64,000 bases of DNA from Eledone cirrhosa (lineage: Eukaryota), in assembly GCA_964016885.1 (NCBI GenBank), contig OZ024742.1, positions 339,636,001-339,700,000 on the forward strand. Reading direction: 5' to 3'. Under the pieces are notes generated by a model that saw only the letters and a program-made list of their open reading frames with translations, was not told the origin of the DNA and made no database searches. This document shows, in pieces, positions 39,716 to 48,446 of this stretch (position 1 is the first letter of the stretch; each line of letters begins with the position of its first letter). The position numbers and the translations under genes were made by a program.

Positions 39716-41542
39716 TTTTGGTGTTGAAAGTGAAGAAAGAAAAGCACTTACCTCTCCGGGTTGCGTAATTTCCATGGCATCAGGTGTGTTGGGTGGAGGG
39801 ATGTTTTGTGGTGGTGTGGGGGTACACGTGTGTGGTGGGGTTGGGGTATTTGGAGTTGTGTCAGGGAGAGGGGCGGTTATGGGGAAATCTTTCAAGAGGA
39901 CGCGATTCAACGGTTTTAAACAGGGGGGGCTCACGTCCCGTCTAAATTGTTCTTTTAAGGAACGATAAAGGTCCAGAGGGACCTTTATCATTTTTAAATG
40001 GGTGAAGTTCTCTGTTGAGATAAAGTTTGGCCCTTCGGTCTGCACCATAGGGTTATTGTTTATTAATTTAACCAGTTTTTTGTTTTCTTTATTTATATAT
40101 GTGTATTGCAACGTCTTTTTTTGTGATGCTGTCAATGTTTCGGAGAGGGGAGGCGCAGATTTATTTTTGTTTGTTGAGGGTGGGGTGTTTTTGATTGGAG
40201 TTGGTGTTTGTGTGTGGGTTATTTGTGGTGTGCTGGGTGTGTGTTTTCTTTTTTTTCTTTTAACTTGTCTGAAGGCTTCTCCTTCTTCTTCAGAAGTTGG
40301 GGGAAACTCTTCAGCGCTAGGTGGGAGGGACGTGTTGTGTGGTTGTTTTTTTTTGCGGGAGGGGTAGATTTGTTACTGTTTTTTTTATTATTTGTTTGGA
40401 ATGGGTTTTGTGGTGGTGGTGGTAATGTTTGTGTCGTGCTTGTGGTTGGTGATGGTGGTGTTTGTGTTGTGGTTGGTGGTGGTGATTTTTGTGTCGTGCT
40501 TGTGTTTGGTGCTGGTGGTGGTGATGTTTGTGTTGTGTTTGTGGTTGGTGGTGTCTGTATTTTGTTTGCTGTGTGTGGTATTAGTGTATTTTTGGAGGTG
40601 GGTGGTGTTGGTGTACTGTTTGTGGTGGGTGTGGGCAATAGTCCTTTTTGGGGGATACGTTTCGGGCAGTTAGCCTTAACGTGTCCCCTTTCCATGCATA
40701 AATAGCATGCTGGTCTTCTCCCCTCTACAATTATGTCTATTGGGGTAAGGTCATCCAGCCAGAAGCGATCCGGGATTTGTGCTATTCTTTCGGGCCTCAT
40801 TTGGACTAGTATGTCGAGGCCCATTCCCAGGAACGCATCTCCAGTTGCCTTCCCCATTGACAGCATTGTGTCTTCGCCCATATCTATGAAGCCAGCAATA
40901 GCCCACCAGAAGTCCATTGTGGGCAGCATTGTTTTTACTTTTACTCTCTGTGTTCTTCTACCCATGTAGGAGGGATAGAAGCTATATGTTGTCGATGAGA
41001 GTGGGCTTAAGGAAAGCTTCTCCGCCGTTTCCTTGTCTCTTGTTAGGACCGAAATGCTGCCATAGAGTCGGTCCTTTCGTATGAAGAGAATATTCTTCAT
41101 ATAGTCTTTTAGGACTAACTCTATTTCCATTTGGCTGGGCTGTGCTGGCTTTCTTGTCTGGTTCAGTATAGTTCTGTAGAGAACTGTGTTTTCTGCTCTG
41201 GCTTTCTTGAATTCTGGGGGGGGGGGGGGAGTTAATGGAAAACATTCCGTTCTCCCCCAAAACAATGTGTTTCTTTGCTTCGGCCAGTTTTTCTCTGGCG
41301 GCAGTTAGGTCAATTGGTGTGTATGTAATGGATTGTTTTGTTTTCTGGGCGAAAGTTGCCCTGTTGTTATTTGTATTATTTTCTGTTTGTTTGTTTTCTG
41401 TTTGCTCATTTTCCTTAACATTTGTTTTTTCATTTTCTTTGTTTGTTTCATTGTCTAATTTTATTGTAATTATTTTTTGTTCTTCAGACTTGGGGGGCGT
41501 GGCAGAGCTAATGGCAGACATGTCTGCCATCTTTTCCGCCAT
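39713..41542 (-). pseudogene. Unit B ORF1, disrupted
   Basis: MAEKMAD..; C-run frameshift near 41220; -1 break near 40350. Confidence 0.85.
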
Positions 41543-41981
41543 GCTGCCAAGAAAGAAATTTTTCGGCAAAAATAGATATTTATTTTACCCCCTAAAAAGG
41601 GGGTAAATGCAAAAATGTTTCCCTAAAAAACAGGGGTTAGTGTTCCAAATGTGTTGCACTGAAAAATTTATCCGGTACTTACAATAGTAAGGGTAAATCC
41701 CGATGGAATAGCGGAGCCGATGTGAAGCGTGTCTTACTCTATCAAGATAAATTTCTATTTATTTGCCACGAGGGCACAAAAGAAGGGGACATTTACACAG
41801 TGGGGGAGTTTACATAAATCGAGTAAAGAAAAAAGGAATAACAATAATAATATAACAATAAAAAGTCCTCAAAAGGGAGGGGGCGTGTTGGGGATTGCAC
41901 ATACCCCCGAAAAGTGTGCAACTCTTTTCGCGGGGGAAGCCCAGAGAGGAGGCGCTCCCCCTTTCCTCTTCACTTCTTCAC

Positions 41982-44900
41982 CTACAGAACAATGTAGAGA
42001 GAAGGCCCATTTACACGGGCCATTCTCGCTTCTTTCACCCACCTTTCATAAAACTGTCTGGGACCAAGCACTTCTCTCTCCATCCTGATTCTTCTTCCGA
42101 AGTGGTATCGGAAGAAGTAAACCAGGTGATGGCCGGAGAGAAAGTCACCCGACCTCAGACCTTTCAGGCGCGTCCACCACACAACCTCTTTCATCATGGC
42201 TATTACGCACAGAAAGACCGCCTCTGCTTCATTTCTGAAGGGAGGAGGCGGCTTGATGTTCACCACAGACTCGGCGGTTAATCGAATCGGCGCCACACGC
42301 GACAGCAGTCGTTCGACGTAGCCCCACAGATCGGCAACGCCCGGGCAGTGTACCAGTGCATGCGCAACGGTTTCCTCGTCGCGCACGCATCTGGGACAGA
42401 TCTTTTTCGCGGGATCCCTGCCCGGGCGCCCGTGTCTGTAGAGCTTTTCTCGAACGGGCAGAGCCCCCCGGTAACACTGCCAGGCTAGGGACCTCTGGAA
42501 GTTGTCCATGGGTCCCGGGCCGAAAGTTCTACCGAACAGGCTGGCCAGTTCGTCCTCCTCCATGCCTAGCGACTCTCCAAGGGTGTCGTCGCCCTTGCTA
42601 GCCACCAACCCTCTATAGAATGTCGAGGTGGATTCCCCACTGATAGTCGGGTCCGCTTGCCAGATAGCCGTGAGCGCCTGGGCACACTCGGTGTGCCAGT
42701 TGCCCAGTTTTCTCGGTCTTTGCTTCACCCAGGATTACAGTTCGGTGAGCGAGACGAGCTGTGGGAAGGCTCGCCTCACAAACGGGGCCCACACCGGCTG
42801 ACCGTTGAGGAATACCTGTAGATGCCGTAGCCTCAATGCGTGCCTACGCATCAACAGCCACGGCATACCCAGCCCTCCTTTCGAAGGGTGCTGGCAGCAG
42901 ATGGATCTCCTCACCATGGGAGGCCGCTTCTTCCAGAGGAACTGGAAGAGCATGCGTTCCATGATGGTGAGCTTTTCCTTGGGGCAAGGCACGACGGTCA
43001 GGCGGTAGTAGATGACGGACGCTATGTAAGCGTTCGTCACCTCCGCCCGACCTTTCAGTGATAGTTTGCACTTGGCCCACTTCTGGGTCAGCGCAAACAC
43101 CCTGCTCGTCACCTCGCCCCAATTCTTCTCCACCTGGAGGTCCGGTCCGAACCAGACCCCGAGCAGCTTCACCGGGCCCTCCGTCCACCGCCCGACGACA
43201 CCGTCTAACGGCATCGGTTTGCCCCTCCACGTTCCGAGTTGCAAACCGACTGACTTGTCCTGGTTCAGCTTAGCCCCCGTCAGCCTTTCGTATTCCTCCA
43301 GTAGGGTGGCGATCGCCCCGATTTCCGAGGCGTCCGCCACCATTACTGTTACGTCGTCGGCATAGGCCGAGACCGCTTTGTGCAATCCCGGTTCCAGGGG
43401 TATGCCCCGCAGCAACTCCAACTTCCGCAGCAGTGGCTCGAGAGTCAATACGTACAGAAGGGAGGAGAGGGGGCACCCCTGTCTGATGGATCGGGTGATT
43501 TGAAACGGCTCCGAGAGGTAGCCGTTTACTTTAATCCTAGAGTAGATGTTGCCACTGTGCATGGCAGAAATCCAGCCCCTGAAAACGGGTCCGAAGCCCG
43601 CCGCCGCTAGCACCGCATCCAGGTAACCATGGTCGACCCTATCGAACGCCTTAGATTGATCCAAGTTGATCAGGGCCCCACCAAAGCCGGGTTCGTAGCC
43701 AACCCTCTCTATGATGTATCGCATGAGGTGGAGGTTGTCGTGAATGGACCTGGACGGGATAGCGCATGTCTGCGCGTCTCCCACCAAACCACCCACCACA
43801 AGCGCCAACCTCTTCGCCAACACCTTGGCCAAAATCTGTAACTCTGCATTCAGCAGAGTTATGGGCCTAAAGTTACTTAAGTCGTCCCCCTTGCTCTCGT
43901 CCTTCCTCACTAGCGTGACCACGCCCTTGGTCACAGAACAGGGAATTCTCCCGTTCTGTTGCCAGTTGCAATAGACAGCCTCGAGGAGTTCGGAGAACAA
44001 GACCGGCATAGCTAAATAAAGTTCGTATGGTAGACCATCGAGACCCGGGGATTTGCGTCTGCTGCATTGGCTGAGCGCTTCCCCGATTTCAGTGGCTGTG
44101 ATTGGCCCTTCGCAGCACTCCGCTTCGCCGCTCGAAAGACGCGGTAGACCGTCGAGGTATGGACCGAAGTCCACATCCCCGTCCGGCCCCCCGCCACCTC
44201 CGAACAGTCGAGCAAAGTGCCTTTGAAAGGTCTCGCACATTCGCTCAGGTTCAAGGATCACCCGTCCATCCTGGTCTCGCAAAGACCGAATGGTGGATTT
44301 AATCCCACTCTTGGCTTCTGTCACGCGGGCCCAGCTAACAGCTTTGGTCCCCTCGTTTCCTAAAGCACGTATTTTACTTCGGACAACGCAGCCTTCGTGC
44401 TTCGCGTCAAAGAACTGGCTCAATGCCGTTCTCGTCGCTAACACTCTGGCTACGTCTCCGCTCCTAATCGCCTCTTCTAGTTTATCTGTTAACTCCCTTT
44501 CCCTCCTATTTCTATTCGCCGCTAGTTCCTTACTGTAACCTATCGAACTTACTCTAATCTCTCTCTTTAGAGATATCCACCACCTACTGTTGACGATCGC
44601 TCCCGTCAACCGCATCTTAACTAAGCTACTAATCCGGTTTCTGTAATCTTTCTTTGTCGGTAAGGACAAGTTCATCTTCCAGTAACCGGGACCCTGTCTA
44701 TGCGTTCTATCAAGGTTGACCACGCAGGTCACTAATTTGTGATCTGAATAGCCAACCATGATCAGTTCTGGACAACTAAATACGTCCCTATCCTTACTCC
44801 TAACCAAAAACCTATCTAGGTACGATCTAGATTGTCCACTGCGGTTTGCCCAGGTCCAGGTTGGCGCAGTTGGACAATCTAGTCGAAATCTATCGACCAG

Positions 44901-45422
44901 GTCGAATCGATCGAGTAACCCCTTGAGGCTGCTACACCCCCCTCTATCGGGACATGCCCCTGCATAGTCCCAACGCGCATCTAGGATTCCATTCCAGTCC
45001 CCCACTAAAAGCAGGGAACGCGACGTTCCTAGAAAAGTCTCCAGACGTTGGAAGAAGTCGGCTCTTTCCGCCCCGAAGGGAGCATAAAGACCGACCAGTC
45101 TGAAAGCCCCGCCTTCACCACCTCCGACGTCCAGCACCAGTAATCGACCCCCCGGGTCCGAGTGAACAATCTGTACGTCGAGAGTCAGACGTTTATCCAG
45201 CAGTACGGCAACTCCCCCCCCCCCCGCCTCCGGGTTGACAGAGAGATGCGTGCATCTCAAAGTCATCGAAGGCGGGCGCCAGCTGTCTCACGCTGCTGAT
45301 CCGACTCTCGCAAACAACCATCACATCTATACTTTGTGACCTGAGGTCACTTAGAAGCTTTGCTTGCTTCCAAGCTGAGCTCAGGCCACGCGCGTTCAAA
45401 CAGCCAACTCTCAATTGATCTA
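41982..45422 (-). pseudogene. Unit C ORF2, nearly intact
   Basis: 843-aa open stretch 42735-45266; CAA>TAA at 42735; G-run frameshift near 45220. Confidence 0.9.
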
Positions 45423-47246
45423 TTTTGGTGTTGAAAGTGAAGAAAGAAAAGCACTTACCTCTCCGGGTTGCGTAATTTCCATGGCATCAGGTGTGTTGGG
45501 TGGAGGGATGTTTTGTGGTGGTGTGGGGGTACACGTGTGTGGTGGGGTTGGGGTATTTGGAGTTGTGTCAGGGAGAGGGGCGGTTATGGGGAAATCTTTC
45601 AAGAGGACGCGATTCAACGGTTTTAAACAGGGGGGGCTCACGTCCCGTCTAAATTGTTCTTTTAAGGAACGATAAAGGTCCAGAGGGACCTTTATCATTT
45701 TTAAATGGGTGAAGTTCTCTGTTGAGATAAAGTTTGGCCCTTCGGTCTGCACCATAGGGTTATTGTTTATTAATTTAACCAGTTTTTTGTTTTCTTTATT
45801 TATATATGTGTATTGCAACGTCTTTTTTTGTGATGCTGTCAATGTTTCGGAGAGGGGAGGCGCAGATTTATTTTTGTTTGTTGAGGGTGGGGTGTTTTTG
45901 ATTGGAGTTGGTGTTTGTGTGTGGGTTATTTGTGGTGTGCTGGGTGTGTGTTTTCTTTTTTTTCTTTTAACTTGTCTGAAGGCTTCTCCTTCTTCTTCAG
46001 AAGTTGGGGGAAACTCTTCAGCGCTAGGTGGGAGGGACGTGTTGTGTGGTTGTTTTTTTTTGCGGGAGGGGTAGATTTGTTACTGTTTTTTTTATTATTT
46101 GTTTGGAATGGGTTTTGTGGTGGTGGTGGTAATGTTTGTGTCGTGCTTGTGGTTGGTGATGGTGGTGTTTGTGTTGTGGTTGGTGGTGGTGATTTTTGTG
46201 TCGTGCTTGTGTTTGGTGCTGGTGGTGGTGATGTTTGTGTTGTGTTTGTGGTTGGTGGTGTCTGTATTTTGTTTGCTGTGTGTGGTATTAGTGTATTTTT
46301 GGAGGTGGGTGGTGTTGGTGTACTGTTTGTGGTGGGTGTGGGCAATAGTCCTTTTTGGGGGATACGTTTCGGGCAGTTAGCCTTAACGTGTCCCCTTTCC
46401 ATGCATAAATAGCATGCTGGTCTTCTCCCCTCTACAATTATGTCTATTGGGGTAAGGTCATCCAGCCAGAAGCGATCCGGGATTTGTGCTATTCTTTCGG
46501 GCCTCATTTGGACTAGTATGTCGAGGCCCATTCCCAGGAACGCATCTCCAGTTGCCTTCCCCATTGACAGCATTGTGTCTTCGCCCATATCTATGAAGCC
46601 AGCAATAGCCCACCAGAAGTCCATTGTGGGCAGCATTGTTTTTACTTTTACTCTCTGTGTTCTTCTACCCATGTAGGAGGGATAGAAGCTATATGTTGTC
46701 GATGAGAGTGGGCTTAAGGAAAGCTTCTCCGCCGTTTCCTTGTCTCTTGTTAGGACCGAAATGCTGCCATAGAGTCGGTCCTTTCGTATGAAGAGAATAT
46801 TCTTCATATAGTCTTTTAGGACTAACTCTATTTCCATTTGGCTGGGCTGTGCTGGCTTTCTTGTCTGGTTCAGTATAGTTCTGTAGAGAACTGTGTTTTC
46901 TGCTCTGGCTTTCTTGAATTCTGGGGGGGGGGGAGTTAATGGAAAACATTCCGTTCTCCCCCAAAACAATGTGTTTCTTTGCTTCGGCCAGTTTTTCTCT
47001 GGCGGCAGTTAGGTCAATTGGTGTGTATGTAATGGATTGTTTTGTTTTCTGGGCGAAAGTTGCCCTGTTGTTATTTGTATTATTTTCTGTTTGTTTGTTT
47101 TCTGTTTGCTCATTTTCCTTAACATTTGTTTTTTCATTTTCTTTGTTTGTTTCATTGTCTAATTTTATTGTAATTATTTTTTGTTCTTCAGACTTGGGGG
47201 GCGTGGCAGAGCTAATGGCAGACATGTCTGCCATCTTTTCCGCCAT
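45420..47246 (-). pseudogene. Unit C ORF1, disrupted
   Basis: Essentially the same as unit B ORF1. Confidence 0.85.
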
Positions 47247-47453
47247 GCTGCCAAGAAAGAAATTTTTCGGCAAAAATAGATATTTATTTTACCCCCTAAA
47301 AAGGGGGTAAATGCAAAAATGTTTCCCTAAAAAACAGGGGTTAGTGTTCCAAATGTGTTGCACTGAAAAATTTATCCGGTACTTACAATAGTAAGGGTAA
47401 ATCCCGATGGAATAGCGGAGCCGATGTGAAGCGTGTCTTACTCTATCAAGATA

Positions 47454-48446
47454 AATTTCTATTTATTTGCCACGAGGGCACAAAAGAAGGGGACATTTAC
47501 ACAGTGGGGGAGTTTACATAAATCGAGTAAAGAAAAAAGGAATAACAATAATAATATAACAATAAAAAGTCCTCAAAAGGGAGGGGGCGTGTTGGGGATT
47601 GCACATACCCCCGAAAAGTGTGCAACTCTTTTCGCGGGGGAAGCCCAGAGAGGAGGCGCTCCCCCTTTCCTCTTCACTTCTTCACCTACAGAACAATGTA
47701 GAGAGAAGGCCCATTTACACGGGCCATTCTCGCTTCTTTCACCCACCTTTCATAAAACTGTCTGGGACCAAGCACTTCTCTCTCCATCCTGATTCTTCTT
47801 CCGAAGTGGTATCGGAAGAAGTAAACCAGGTGATGGCCGGAGAGAAAGTCACCCGACCTCAGACCTTTCAGGCGCGTCCACCACACAACCTCTTTCATCA
47901 TGGCTATTACGCACAGAAAGACCGCCTCTGCTTCATTTCTGAAGGGAGGAGGCGGCTTGATGTTCACCACAGACTCGGCGGTTAATCGAATCGGCGCCAC
48001 ACGCGACAGCAGTCGTTCGACGTAGCCCCACAGATCGGCAACGCCCGGGCAGTGTACCAGTGCATGCGCAACGGTTTCCTCGTCGCGCACGCATCTGGGA
48101 CAGATCTTTTTCGCGGGATCCCTGCCCGGGCGCCCGTGTCTGTAGAGCTTTTCTCGAACGGGCAGAGCCCCCCGGTAACACTGCCAGGCTAGGGACCTCT
48201 GGAAGTTGTCCATGGGTCCCGGGCCGAAAGTTCTACCGAACAGGCTGGCCAGTTCGTCCTCCTCCATGCCTAGCGACTCTCCAAGGGTGTCGTCGCCCTT
48301 GCTAGCCACCAACCCTCTATAGAATGTCGAGGTGGATTCCCCACTGATAGTCGGGTCCGCTTGCCAGATAGCCGTGAGCGCCTGGGCACACTCGGTGTGC
48401 CAGTTGCCCAGTTTTCTCGGTCTTTGCTTCACCCAGGATTACAGTT
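47454..48446 (-). mobile_element. Tx1 array unit D (3' about 1 kb only)
   Basis: Matches the 3' end of unit C including the TAA lesion; ends at ACAGTT microhomology with the satellite. Confidence 0.93.

Larger units (their letters stand above)
36042..41743 (-). mobile_element. Tx1 array unit B (full length)
   Basis: Direct repeat of unit A at an offset of about 5.72 kb. Confidence 0.95.
41750..47447 (-). mobile_element. Tx1 array unit C (full length)
   Basis: Direct repeat at an offset of about 5.70 kb. Confidence 0.95.

Noticed and set aside
39713-39751. 39-nt mini-intron between ORF1 and ORF2 (GTAAGT..AAATAG)
   Set aside because: Very short, would not fuse ORF1 in frame with ORF2 (gives ATC AAT TGA), and the AG is absent in the older element.
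33775-46935. G/C homopolymer frameshifts in ORF2 start and ORF1 as programmed recoding
   Set aside because: Run lengths vary among units (10/12/12 and 7/14/11), typical of slippage or long-read error.
30255-48305. Plus-strand and alternative-frame ORFs within the Tx1 units
   Set aside because: Antisense or shadow frames of GC-rich ORF2 and low-complexity ORF1; they recur only because the units are duplicated.
30317-48446. Telomeric retrotransposon array (HeT-A/TART or TRAS/SART-like)
   Set aside because: No telomeric repeat tracts, and ordinary interspersed DNA continues on both sides.
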